Shown here piece by piece: positions 1-13,264 of a stretch of 64,000 bases of DNA. The DNA is from Psammoneis japonica (lineage: Eukaryota). A program made the position numbers and the translations under genes. Every line of letters begins with the position of its first letter. Positions within the stretch are counted from its first letter, which is position 1. The notes beneath the pieces were generated by a model. The model worked only from the letters and a program-made list of their open reading frames with translations. It ran no database searches and was not told the origin of the DNA. The stretch lies in the NCBI GenBank assembly GCA_008632985.1, contig QPGO01000019.1, forward strand, positions 496,001-560,000. Direction: 5' to 3'.

Positions 1-1760
1 GTTGTGGTGGCACACCAGGCAACTTGTGGCCAAAGTGATCAGCAAAGGTGATCCTCTTGGCAGTGGCACCACATTGAAGTGCCCCCCCCCCCCCCCNNNN
101 NNNCCCGCCAGTTCCTGGCAAGGCTGAGACAGATGGCATCCCCTCTTGTGTGAGGGGATGCACGCCATTTTGTCATGGTCCTTCTTCTTGTGGGTCTGAG
201 CGCTGGTGCCAAATTTAGGATGGGTGTGTTTCTTGTGGGTCCAGACAATGCTGGCAAAGGCACATCTTGGGGAGCACCTCCCATCCGCAGCTCCATGCAT
301 TGGGCCCCGCCCAAAGACTGCACTGATGATCGTTGGTTGTGTCGTGCATGGCAATGTGGCACTTGAGAGTCTGGCTGTTGTTGACAAGCTGGGAGCTGGC
401 CACATGAGACAGGCAAATTATGATGGATGTTCTGGGCAACACAAGCCTTGCCAGCAAATCAAGGTCCCTGCTCCATGCAGTGATCTCTCTGCTGCTGTTG
501 CACTGCTTGGAGAGGTTTGAAAGTGGCCTCCTTGTTTTGATGTGTGCCAGCCAGCAGTTTGGCAATCCCACTCCTTTCTTTGCTGTTTGCAAACCAAGTT
601 CTGAAAGCAATTGTCCTTTGCTGTTGTGGCATGGCAGCCATGTCTTCAGTCCATTCAAAAGCAATGAACTCCACAAAGTGTTGTCTTGTTTTCCCCAGGT
701 TGCCCCAGGTGGGCGCAGCTGCGATGTGGCGCCAACCTTGGCCAACCCTTGTTCCCTTCTGCCACACTTGACAGTGTGCTGGAAGCTGGAAGTGTGGGTT
801 AGCTGGCACCAGTCTGGCTGGCAAAGGAGTGACAGCACTTTAAAACAAGACTTTTTTGTGCCCCTGCACTGCACATTGCACTCAAGTCCAAAGTCAGGGG
901 CCTCATGTGCACCAGTGAGAAGCTCCTGTTGCTTGCAAAGCACACTGCAGAGCACCTGTTCAGAGAAGGACAAGCTGCTTGAGCTGACTGACAGTGGCTT
1001 GGGCAGTCTTTTGGTTGTGTGCTTGGTGTGTCTTGCATGTGTGTGGTGGTGGGGCAACAGTTGTCAAGCGATGCTTGCAAGCAGTGTTCGGCATTTTCTA
1101 GATTGCTGCCTGGAGCTTTAAAAAAATGGACCGCCAGCTCATCTTGATCAACTTGGCTCTTCATTTCATCACTCAGCTCAGCAGTGGACAGACAACAGAT
1201 GCAAGCACACAAAAGCTTTGCCTGCTCTCAAAAACTGCCTGCGTGCATCGTGTCTGTGCTGGCACAGCACAGTCCTTCCATTTGCCAGCTTTTGCCTGCA
1301 ATGTGTCACAGCTGTTTCATGTCATTTTGACAACAAGCAGGCAGCACTGGGCCGATCATTGCCAACAGCTCTTTGTTTCTTTGTTTGTTTGTTGTGGGTC
1401 ATTTGTTTGATGCACCGAGGTGCGCGGCCTCTCCAAGCAAGTGGCTTCACAACCCATCATTTCCCAGCTTGCTGGTGTCAAGCACATGTGTGATCTGTGT
1501 GTGGAAAAAGGGAGGGATTCAAGCCCTCAACCTTGACGCCTGTTGTTGCACCAGGTTGTGTGAGGAACAACACATGAGATTTGGGCTGGGGTTTCTGCCT
1601 GCCCACCCACCCATTTTTTTTTGCCTGGACAGGAGGTGGCTCAAAATTGTTTTGTTCTCAGCCAAGTTTTGTGAAAGACAAAAGACTTCTGATGCCAAAC
1701 AGTGGCACTCTGTTCATCTCTGCTTGTTGACTTGCCTGGCAAACCTTCTTGGACCTGACA
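1..1760. other. TpA/CpG-depleted degenerate block (repeat or pseudogene debris, identity not recognised)
   Basis: Very few TA or CG dinucleotides and an excess of TG/CA. Overlapping Cys/His/Trp-rich ORFs in several frames show no recognisable domain. CG and TA reappear from ~1760-1850. Confidence 0.7.
82..103. other. Poly-C run followed by a 7-N assembly gap
   Basis: C run at 82-96 and N at 97-103, seen directly. Confidence 0.95.
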
Positions 1761-2252
1761 TCGCCAGCAAATGTCTGTCGCCCGCTGTTGGCGACGACGA
1801 ACAGCGTAAATGTCATGCCTCGCATTTTTTATTGCCATCTACATACTGTGGCGCCACTTTATCAACATTGGGGTTAATGTTCCACGGTTCGTTAGCTTTT
1901 TATATTTTAAAATTGATGATTCTTTTTCTTCATTTTAATGTTTTTGAAGAACACTGAATTACTTGCAGTATCGTGAGATGACATATGCGTAGAATGTTCG
2001 CCTTCAACTACTACAGTGCTACCAACGCTAGCCGTTCGATTCCGTTATTGAAGCTGTCATTGCTTATCCCGTTTATTCATTATTTCACAAATCATGAAGA
2101 TCAAATGGCTTCACTCGCTGGCGCGATTATTCTTTGAGCGAGCATCATCGTGCGACGTTACCCGTATCCGTATCTATCATAACATGGGTGTCGTCTCACT
2201 TTCTTGCACATCGAGCACGAAAGCCGCATTGATCGATCAAACCTACTGAACG

Positions 2253-5200
2253 ATGAAGATTGTCTCTTTCACAGTCGTATGTGGCTGTGCACTGCTCGCA
2301 TCGCTTGCCCTCTCAGGAGTGAGAACGAGCTGCGCTTCCGAGGTCAAGCAGGATCACGACTCCTTTCAATTTCCCCAGGATGATGAAAAAGTCGCTAGCA
2401 CTGACGCGGGGAGTGGGGAAGCCAACACCGAGAATGGTCATGAGGTAGACTGGTCATGGCTGATGGAAGCAACAAACAGCGAAGATGCTGATCATTGGCT
2501 TCGTTTTCTCCAAGAAGCAGGTGGAGGAAAATCAATGAGTTTGTTTTCAGAAGCTCCGACACCTCCTCCTGCTACTGTCTCTCCCACGCGGACGTCTTTG
2601 GTAACTGTCTCCCCAGCTCCTTCATTTGCTCCAACCCAGCCTTCGACAGGGGAGTCGAGTCCTCCTGCCACGTCGCCAGCTCCATCCTTTGCTCCGACGC
2701 AGCCTGGCGACGAATCGAGTCCTCCCTCCACATCGCCCGCTCCCTCCGATGCTCCGTCTCCTTTGACTTCGATTCCTCCGACACCACAAAATGGCAGCTG
2801 TGTGGTGGATCTTGATGGTGTTCAGTCTGCTCTGCAGGCACTTTTTGACAGGGTCGCAGTCTTTCGGGAAAATGAAATTCTCAACAAGAATGTGCCCTTT
2901 TTGGGTTCCTCTATGAACACGTTGATTGGTGGAGAAGGTGGTGGTAGTATTGATGCCGTTCTCAATTTGACCACTTTTGTAGAGGAGACCTTCCAGGGAA
3001 AGGATATTGTCACGTGCGATGAGCTAGAAACAGAACTAGCCTCTTATCTTGAAAGAGATGGAATGATTTCGACACGCCCTTCAACATACTGTGACGGCAC
3101 GAATGGGCCAGTAACCGTAACCGTGCCGCCGGATGACCCCAATGGCAAACGACTGAACTTTTGCTCCGAAATCAAATTTGACAGAAAAACTACTCTCGAC
3201 GGCACCAACCTCTTTGCTGCCACTGGATCCTGCATCGAGCTCGAAACTGATGACGCCGAGGATATTACTTCCTCCCTTGTTTTCGGTGCTGAGCTTGTCA
3301 TTAATCGATTCTTCTCAGAGGATCGCGTTGCTCTTGATCCCATTGAAACATCCGTTAATCTCACGAACGGTACTCCTGATGTGTCTCTATTTTTGGGACT
3401 ACTGAATTTGGAGTGTACGAAGGACGTGACCGCGGATGCATTTGCAGCTTTCAAGCTTGCATACTGCGTGAGCGACTGTACGGGCGAAGGTATCCCAATC
3501 GAAGAGGCCGCCTCCTTTTATCTACAGTATGGTGGCGACTATAGTATCGAGGGCGTCTGCAGTATCGGCGACCCATTTCCAGGCGTAGAACTCACTGGGG
3601 AAGGCGGAACCACATTTGTTAACATAACAGAGGATGACATCTACTCTGGGACCGCCGAAATTGACGTGAGGGATTTGGAGAATCTCAAGGATTTCTTAAT
3701 ATTCTGTCCAGAGGACGCACTTTCTCTTCTTCGAAGGACAGATAGTACTTTGATTCGGACACAGCAAAACATCGCGACGGAGCTAAATCTTCCTCTGACG
3801 AACATCATGTACAGTGAAATGCTCAGTACGGGTTCTGCTATCGTTAGTCAGTTCTTTCCATTCTTCGTGAAATTCCAGGATTTTGACAAGCGTGCTGGTC
3901 GAAGCCTCTTTCTCTCCGCGCGGAATGTCTTCAACGCAACCAGCGGAAGCTTCAAACCCTCAAAGATGTTGGAATTATACATTGTAAGAGATGTAGCTGA
4001 AGACATGATGGTAAACCCTGATGATAGCGCCGCCGTTCGAGAACTTGCCGACCAAATGAATGGAGTTTGTACAATCAAACTGCCTGAAGCGCTCCCCCAA
4101 GACGCTGAAGCTTTTAGAGTCGCCCTAGCTACAGGAATCGACTCCTGTGGAATCAAGACATGTAGAAAAGATGATTGTACGTTTGATAACACAACGGCAG
4201 AAATCTATGGCTGCGAGTGTGACTTGGTGGTCGATCTAATTCCAGACGCCGCAGACGGACTGGACCGACTCACAATCGCTTCTGTGGTTTATCGAGGACA
4301 ACAGGGAGAAGATCCACAGGACGTGCAGTTGATTGGCTTGTATGAAGTCATGGAAGAATTGCAAGGTCCTACTTCACTCTTTGAGTTTCCGTTGAATCAG
4401 CCAGTCACACCGGGAACGGTTCCGCGCTTTCGCACTTCGCAAGAACTTGTAACAAGTACGGATACGGCGTTGACAAACAAGGCTTACACGAGTATCGGTG
4501 TTGGCTTCAGCTACGTACAAGAAACAGAAATGGATCCGAGTCGTTTCGAGTTCGAAGTGACGTTCGTCCGAACTGCAGATTTCCAGACCGGATTCGCTAC
4601 ACGTGCCAGGGTAGGTGACCTGGAGAACATTCGGCAAGTGGATAAAGACACCCAAGCAAATACCACCACCGCGTCCATTATCGAGGCAAATTACAGCGCA
4701 AGTCTTGGAGTAATTCTCGCACCAAACGAGAATGAACAGATAATTGTGTTGGGACGAAACTCCTGCGACAAAATTAAACCTGAAAATGCAACAGAGGAAC
4801 AGAAGCTCACGTGCCCTTCTAATGCGACGTCTCTAGTTATTGAGTATTTCATTGAAGAGACATCTTTTTCAGAAACTTTGAATCTTCCAGTTTATTTCGA
4901 GCAGTCCCCGACTGCTGTGTTAGCATCCTCCCTTGCATCGCTGGGCGACGACGTCGTGACTCTTAACACAACGATGACAGGTGCCTCGGGAAAATTGATG
5001 GTAATTAAGTTCGATTCGTCGATCAGCCGTGTGAAACTCTTTGTTCCAAAGGATTGCATTGATCTGAAGACGGAGGAGATCAAGAAAAATGTTCTTTTTT
5101 GTGATGTTGAGAGGGAGAAAGTTTTGGTTCGTTCCAACGTGTACGGCCTGCAAGATCAAGATCTGTCTCGAAGACCATTCCAGATTACTGTCAAACAGTC

Positions 5201-8200
5201 GTCAATCGATGCTGATGTTGAGGTTAAGGGGACAGAGAAACTGGTTGGAACCGCTGGACCCGGGTGTGTCGAGGTAGATGCAGGATTGGATTTTTTCCTT
5301 AGGGGAGACTTGAGTTTGTCGGTCGGTACGGGCGAGTACTTGCCCTTTAACGATTGGCTTATTGCAGTCTCTTCGTTGTTTCAACCGCTCAATGTTGGGC
5401 GGTACATCGAGGGTTTTCTTGACATTTCTTCCACTTTTCAACGTGAAAGGTTTTCCGCATCGGTGCAACTATTGCCACCCTTCAACGACTATCCAGGCTC
5501 TACCAACGACGACATAGAGTTCGAGAACCCTCCGTTCGAAGTCGACTTTGAAGGCAAAAACAGTGACCCAACATTTATTTTTGACATTGATCTCCCTGGG
5601 GGCATTACCAATTTGACTTTCTCAGATGCCGTTTCTAGCTTCTCGAAAGCAGTGTCATTTGTCGTCGGCGATCGTGACATCAATTCTACGTTGGAATCAT
5701 GCACAGGGGGGTTGCTGTCAAATAAGCTGGTTTCCTACCAGATTCCGCGTGAGTAGGAGATTTCATGATATTGCCAATGGGGGTGCGAAAACGAAGTTCT
5801 AAATCTTGGTCTTGTCTTTTTGTTCACAGTTATTGGGACCAGCGCATGCAGTGAAGTGGACTTTCTCCAAGTCCTTGTAAACGCGGCTGACGCACTGACC
5901 GCAGAGGTGGAAACAGAGGCTCGCGAAGCAGAAGAAGCGGCAGCCGCACAAGATGATGTAGCCGCAGCGGCAATTCTCACAAAGCGGACGCTGTCGTCTC
6001 TGCAGATTAAACTTGAGACTTTGCTCACCGACGACGTTGGAAAGCCTCCTGTTGTCGAATTGGGAGCTGACAATGATGGGCTGCTTTTGAAACTTGAACT
6101 AAGCTGGGAATTTGTTGAAGCAGAGGCATTGAACGTTGATTTGACCGACATCCTTAAAGAAAATCGTCCCGATAGCAATGCTACCGAAATTCTCGGCAAG
6201 GCTCTTATTCCTTCTGATGGAGCTGCTTTGATCGAAATCAAACGCGAATTGACCGTTCGACTAGACCTACGAGTGGAGAAGTCTGAGGCCGGCGAGGTGA
6301 ACGCTTTCATCAACAGCGGGCCGATTTTCACTGCGACGTTTCTCTCAAACGGTACAGATTGCTTTGAACCTGATCTTGGAGCTCTATGTGGCACTGCCGA
6401 TGTGGAGTTCTCTGTTGGGCAAAATGATTCTCCGCTGACGCTCATTATCGGCCTTACCGATGAGGAACTTATTCCTGACGATGCATCTGACCTTGTCAAC
6501 GAACTCAACGCATCCTTTTTTGGGTTGATCAACGCAGATATTGACGTTGAAGTACCATTAGTCGAACTAGTCGCCAAAGTCACTTATACAATCTCTAATT
6601 TGGAAGCATTTTCCGAAGATTCCATCATTCCGGAACAAGACTTTGTCCTTGATGTCACCAAGGGTCCGATTGAAAGACCTGATGTGTTTGAACTGTTGTA
6701 TGCACAACGAGTGCGATTCGTGGAAGCGTTGGACGTTGCGTTCCGAACAACAGAAGCCGCGCTATTCAGCCCCAAAGGTGCAATTACACGATACCGCGTG
6801 CCATTCATCCAAAACAGTGTTGGAAGTGTCTTGGGGGCAAGTACCGACAACAACATTCTTTCCCAAGTCCGTCGAAAGATTATACCAAAGGTCAGGGACT
6901 CACTTGCCGAAATCGATGTCGGTGAGACTGAAACTGTGAAGGATATCCTAAATGATGTCCTACAGGTCACTCTGTTGAGAAACGACTTTCTCCAGGCCAA
7001 CGGAGATGTATCGGTTGAATGCTTTGACCGTGGCATGGACAACAGTGTGGAATGTAATGGGACCGACCCAACGACTGTCATGTGGACTGTTCCATTAGGA
7101 CAAGACTTAGAAATCCAAGACTATCTTCTCAATTTTGTTCTTGTTGATGAGTTCCCGTTGGAGATACCACTTAACGGCGATTCCATGCAACCGCTGAACG
7201 TGTCGTGGGCGTTCAATCTAGCGTTTGGGTTTGATGACGAAGAAGGATTTTTTCTCTATACTTTTCCGGAAGAGAACAAGACAGAGCTTCTGATTGAGAC
7301 AAGGTTGAATGTTGGAAAGACAGAACTTGACGCGTCTTTGTACTTCTTATCTGCCAAAATGAAAAATGTTCGGTTGATTGTCGGCGCTGCCGTCTTTGTC
7401 GACGTTGTTAATCTGTATCCTAAGCCTCGTGGCGGTCTGTTGACTCGTGGTGATTTTCGAAAGACCATTGACAAGAGCAGCATGTTCAAGGTCAAGGCTC
7501 TTTCAATTTCGGGTCTTGAATCTGATGTTACAGTGGGGCTCGATGGAAGCATACCAACTGCGTCGTGGATTCCAACTCTAAATTTTTCGGTTGAGGCTAT
7601 ATTCCGCACAATAATCGGGGAAGTTAGCGAATCAGATATTGCGGACTTTTTTGTTGTCGAGCCAGGGCCCGATTATGCTCGCATCTCAGCCGTCCAGCTC
7701 GACCAGGGAAAAACTGCTGAATTGGTTTCTGGTATTCTTGAGAAATTCACAAATCAAGGAGGTGATGGGGTTTTTGATAGGGTTGTCGCGCCACTCGTAC
7801 CTCTCAACACGGCGCTACCAGGTATTTCAGATATTGCTGGTCGGGAGATTACGGTGTTGGATATTGCAGATATATATGTGGGAAAATCATCGGGCAGTGA
7901 CACAGTTCGGACAGTTCTTGATATCTATCAGGGTATGAAGAATTTAGCTACGAAATTTGCTCAGTTTACCGGAGGCCTTCTTCTAGCAGAAGAGTGTAAT
8001 CTGCTAGACGGCTTTAGTTGCACTGGAGGGCTTCCCGATGAAGCCGACGTCCTCCGAAGGAAATTGAAAGCATGCGATGATAATCCAAACAGCCTTGAAT
8101 GTACTGCCCAGTCAGTTTGCGGGCTTGATTTTCCAGTCTTGTCCAATCCACTGTCCGCCCTTGAACTATTGAAGGGAAGAGATATTGTGAGTTGTAGTAA

Positions 8201-11200
8201 TTCTCTGTGATTTGGTAGTTTTGCGTTTAGCAAGTGCCTGACATTTTCCTCTTCGGCTTCCACTACAGAGACTCGTGACGTTTGAATCTCCACTGGTAGA
8301 GTTGGCTTTTGAATTCGACTTCCAGACTGTTGTGTACGTGCTTGGGAGCATTGCTATGGTGTCACCTTCTGTGTTGCATAATGGCATCTTACCGCCCGTT
8401 TCCTCTGATCATACACAGCTACACGCCTCCAACGGTTAGGGTAGGGATTGAGTTCGAGTTCGTTGCCACTCTCCAGGTTCTCTTTGCTTTGGACTCGAAG
8501 GGTGTCCGTGAAGCGATAGAACAGGAAGCTCCCGGGAAGGCTATTAACAGTTTTGCTTTGATAGACACGTTCAAAGGAGTTGACATACCAATGATTACGC
8601 TGACTGGGCTTGTTGCTATTAGCGTCTCTGTTAGCGCTTTCTTTGTTGAGATCGGCGTTACTGGTGGTGTGCAATTCATTGCCGTCATTGACTTGTTTGA
8701 TCCCAAACCTGAGCAGTCTGGTGGACTCGTTCGCCCCTACGAACTGCTTTCTGCGGGAACGTCACCGTTAGAATGGTTCGAGTTCTCTCTGCAGATCAAT
8801 CTCTTTATCAAGTTCTACGTTAGGGTAATCATCGATTTGTTTTTTGGGAAGATAGAGATCTACAAGATTTCGGAAACATTCACGGTAGAACTGCTTCCTT
8901 CTCGAACCTGGACTCCAGAACTTCCTGGATCAGTAGCAGAAATGGACATTACCAGTGGACAGCTTCTGCTCAGAACCGCGGGTGTCGCAGCGCTTGACTG
9001 CACGAGCTTAGGGGGAAGCGTCGGGTCGGAGACAATTGAATGTTTTTCAGTTAGCGAACCGGCGGTGTTTAACTCGTTTCCTAACTTGAAGCAGATCGGT
9101 CTAGCTTCTTCAGGTGGAAATATTACACTGCGAGACGTTCAATCAGTGACCACATTTAGCTCCGGGCTGAATGCACTAGTACTTAACTACAGTGCGAGCG
9201 GCGCGGAATTGATGGGTTCGGTATTTGTCGGTGAATCGCAAGTCTTAGCTGGTGCAAATGCCGTGAACTTTGCGAGTCTTTCCAATGGAAAACTTATGTT
9301 CCCGCAACCCGAAGAACAACTGCTATTGACTACATTTGGCAATTGCAACAGCGAATGGAAACTGGAGGGGCATTCAAATCTGTTGGTGAACGCAAACGAA
9401 GTCAATGGTGGATGCAAAATTGTTGCTGATGGAGGCAATTTCAACGATGCGCAGCTGATTGTCGACTTTGGCTATGAGGGCTTTGCCGAGTGCCAGGACG
9501 GCAATGAAGTAATCCTGACTAGAGCCTCGGATGATCTTACTAGAGTGGTGATCACACGTCCAGATCTCAGTGGTGAGGTGATACTTGAAGTTAGCTCGAA
9601 GTTTACAGATTTGCAGATCAAAATGTCACAGTGCAACGACAAAGTTCTTGTAGAGGGAGTCGCTGGAGAGCGTATCGAGAAGATCATCCCCTGTGAGGAC
9701 TTCTGCAGTTGTCAATACTTTGAATTTCCGTGCCGATGTGATTTAGAAGTGTGTCCGGCTTGTAGAAACCTTACCAATCTGTGCGATTGCTACATCCCCC
9801 CGCCTAAATCTCTCCAAACAGTGAGCTCGACGCTTGAACCTAAAGATATTCTGGTTCCGACTACGAGACCTACATATCTGTTTACGAGTAGACCGTCCAT
9901 GGCTCCTTGCACCACTCCCGTGACGCTTCAACTGCTTGGACTCGGTTCTGTCTCAGTTTATGGCGGGGGCGGCAATGACACCATTGCTATCGGAAGTGCT
10001 TTTGTGGGTCTCGATGACATCCCCTTTCCTGTCATTGTCGACGGCGGTGACGAGGATGACTTTCTGATTGTGGAGGATTCTAAAGGATCAATTTCTATGA
10101 ACCCAAAAGGGCAACTCAATTCCGGTTCCTTAGCGGAACTTGACGCGGATCTCGGCGGCATTATTCGTCCCGACATTACCTATTTGGATTACGAGAACAT
10201 TGAGACTTTGAACGTTTTCCTGGGAACGAATACCGGAACCTTTGAAGTAACATCAACAGCACCGGGTTCCCGTCCGGTCGTAAAGATGAGTGCGGGTGTC
10301 AGCAATGTCTACGTTTCGAACACGCAAGGGGACATAGAAGTCTCTGGCGGTGATGGCGACGACAACTTTTTCGTTACCGGTTTGGCAGCAGGAGCGATTG
10401 CCACCGTGCTGGGTAGCGATGGAGACGATGTCTTGACATTGAGCAAATCGAGCGAGTCGACAGAGGGAGTTACAATGTTCGAATCCAATGTGGTGCGGTG
10501 GAGTGGAGGAGCTGGCAACGACCTTGTTCACGCATTCTTCAATACCCAAGGGCAGTACGATCTTGAATTGTATGACGATGTAGACGGGATCAACACAGCT
10601 CGTATCACTTGTGACAGCATAAAACCGTGTAATGTTTGGAGCAGAGAGAATTTTATTGCGAGTACGACTGATACGTCCGGTTCTATTGCTACCCCCGAGA
10701 AAATCACCATTGACCACCAATCTGCCTATGTCCATGCAGTAGCTCTGTTTTTGAGCGGTGGTGAGAATAAGGTCTTTTTTGATGACACGGTTGCCACGAT
10801 GGATGTTTTCGGTGGCCCTTATAGCGATGGTGAGTATGTCTTTCATTCCTCACTGTTCTCCCACATTATTATGGTTACTCACCTCCCTCCGCCGCGTCGT
10901 CTCCAGTTTTTTACATTGGACAAAAATACAGCTCACCGCAAAGTCCCGACGATGGTCCGTTGGATCTGATGGAGACAGCAGAAGGAGACTATCTCTCGAA
11001 GGGCAATTCCCATCCGGTCACAATCAATGGCGATTCGGGCATTGACACATTCAATGTTCTCCGGAATACACAGGTTCTTGATTTGAACGGCGACGCCGGT
11101 GACGACGTGTTGGTAGTTGAATCTTTCCTTGCTTCGCCTACCGAATCTGAGATTCCCGACTACGTTGTGAACTCGTTGATCGATTTCGATGGAGGCACCG

Positions 11201-12804
11201 GAGAGGACTCCGTTGATGTAATGGGAACCGACACCGAGGACTCATACGTTGTCACCGCTACCGAGGTTATTGGCGGAGGCCTATCGATCAAATACAAACA
11301 TGTTGAGGAGTTGGATGTGGGCGAGACAAACGATGAGCTGACATTGCTGTCCATAGACCCTGCTCTGGTGCTTGACCTGATTGGAGACAGTGGACACAAA
11401 CCAGATGTTATCAATCCACGACAAGTTGACGCCGTCGTCTCCAAGAATCTGAGGGGACACGTAGGAATCATTGAGCATCTGGTGTCGAGTGATGATGACA
11501 ATTACGATGGACTGTATGTTGAAGGAGTCGCCGTGAACGTTCTTGACGACGATGGCGATTATGCTTACATCGGCATCAAAAAAGATGAAGAGAAACATGT
11601 CCTATCCGAAGATGGATCGGGCGCGTTCGCCTTCGACATCTTTCCCGTTTCGGAGCCAAATGGCATTGTAGCTGTTGACATCATTGTGCCAGTAGATTTG
11701 GAGGGACTGCTTCTAAACGGTGCCTCGACGGCCGCAACAACACTGACATTTGACGGGCTTGAGCCTCAAACGGTGCAAGTGACTTATCAAAATAGCGGCA
11801 CTGGATTGGACATTACAGAGCGTGATTTCATGATCAAAGTTAATTTGAATATGGCACGGACCACCGATGAACGCTTCAGGAAAACTCGCCAATCGATCTT
11901 GCCCATTGACTTCACTGTTACACCCGGCGTAGAAAACAAGAAAGCCAAGTCTGTTACTGTTGCCAAGCAAGAGGAAACTATCTTTGTAGTCGGGGGAGGG
12001 CCGTCTGTTGAAGGACAAGTTACATCCTCTTATGACCTAGTCTTCCATCCGTGTCCTGCTGTTGACGACGGAAAGCCAAACATGACTCTAAGCATTCAGC
12101 AAATTCCCGCCGCAGATCAAGATCAGGTTGTTCTCACGTACGACACCACGGTTAGCAGCAACCAATGCGTAATAAGTGTAGATGTCGCAGCGGGAAACAA
12201 TGGGGCGGGTGGTGGCTTTGTCACTCTCCAGCACACGCTCACGGACCCCGCTGGTGAATGGACACTCTTGAGTGACAATTCTACGCTGCGTATTCCCGAT
12301 GTTACAGTCCGCATATATGATGCAGATAGGCCAGGTGTCCTAGTCGAGAAAACGCAGAAGTTCTCGAACATGAGAGAGTCTCGTGTCTCTCCTTACGGGA
12401 CTTTCGACACCTATTCGCTGCGTCTAACCAAGTCACCTGCTCCAGGCACATTTGTCAACATCTCTATTCAGTCAGTCCCCGTTGCAAGTGACTATCCGTC
12501 TCCAAATTTACTACCCAATAGGAACACCACCGCAAGGATCCAGACCATAAGTGCTGATTTTGCCATCTTTGACAATGAAACCTGGAATGAGCCAAAAAAC
12601 ATTTTTGTGTTCGCAGTCAATGATGAGATCGAGGAGGGCGTGGATTACTTCAGCTTCCCGCCTCTCCCTGAATTCGATCCAGGTGACGCCCGTCGGGCAT
12701 TGTCATCTGAGACGACTCATGAAGGGGAAGGGCGTCAAATGGTGGGACACGACAAGGAGGGGCATTCTCGGAATCCAACAGCATCGAATGAAGGTGCGCC
12801 ATAG
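2253..12804 (+). CDS. Giant secreted RTX-like Ca2+-binding/adhesin-type protein, ~3408 aa, 5 exons (2253-5748, 5830-8186, 8269-8333, 8419-10829, 10907-12804)
   Basis: Four GT-AG introns (5749-5829, 8187-8268, 8334-8418, 10830-10906) join the ORFs in frame; exons total 10,227 nt. The protein has an N-terminal signal peptide, an S/T/P-rich linker and an acidic beta-rich body. It carries many GGxGxD-like motifs (YGGGGND, DGGDEDD, SGGDGDD, LGSDGDD, SGGAGND, NGDSGID, NGDAGDD, DGGTGED). Confidence 0.85.
2560..2790 (+). repeat. Mucin-like SPAPSFAPTQP tandem repeats inside the giant protein
   Basis: SPAPSFAPTQP occurs twice plus SPAPSDAPS, a typical diatom P/S/T linker. Confidence 0.8.
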
Positions 12805-13154
12805 TGGCGTGACATCGTCGCATTCGTTGACAGAAACAGTTCAGATAATGATATAATTAATTGTGCCAGAGACGCCCCACACCATCAGGGATTATTTGTG
12901 TTTTAATTTTGGCCGTGTCATTCCTAACGAAACTGCGCTACTAGGGCAACATGGACACGTGGCGTGACCACACCATTGACGGCTTCGCTGCCTGGGTTCT
13001 GTGCTGCCGCTCTGCCTCCCGACGCTTGGCTAAACAGACCATCACCTCCAATCATGACCATGATGACTCTCTCTCTCTCTGCCCCATCCTCCAGATGCTA
13101 AGAGCACGTCGACAGAACTATAGAAATCTCAACAAAACGTGAAACTATCAAGAT

Positions 13155-13264
13155 TGTGAGAGGGTCCTCAAGCGGACCTTCTTGTGCTCTGCCAAAGACT
13201 CTAGAATGTCAAAGACATCATCCCAAAGTCACACTTTGAGCAAGGTGTGATGATGTCATCAACA
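13155..13264 (-). repeat. Candidate short 3' LTR of the minus-strand copia
   Basis: On the minus strand a short purine tract (GGAGG) is followed by TGTTG...CTCACA, directly after the truncated RT. No partner LTR was found in the window. Confidence 0.3.

Noticed and set aside
5735..7609. Long antisense ORFs opposite the giant gene (and opposite other genes)
   Set aside because: These are shadow ORFs caused by sense-strand codon bias and have no domain features.
2253..12804. Bacterial contamination, or an operon of four separate genes
   Set aside because: Canonical GT-AG introns join the ORFs in frame, and the protein has a eukaryote-type signal peptide and diatom-type linker.
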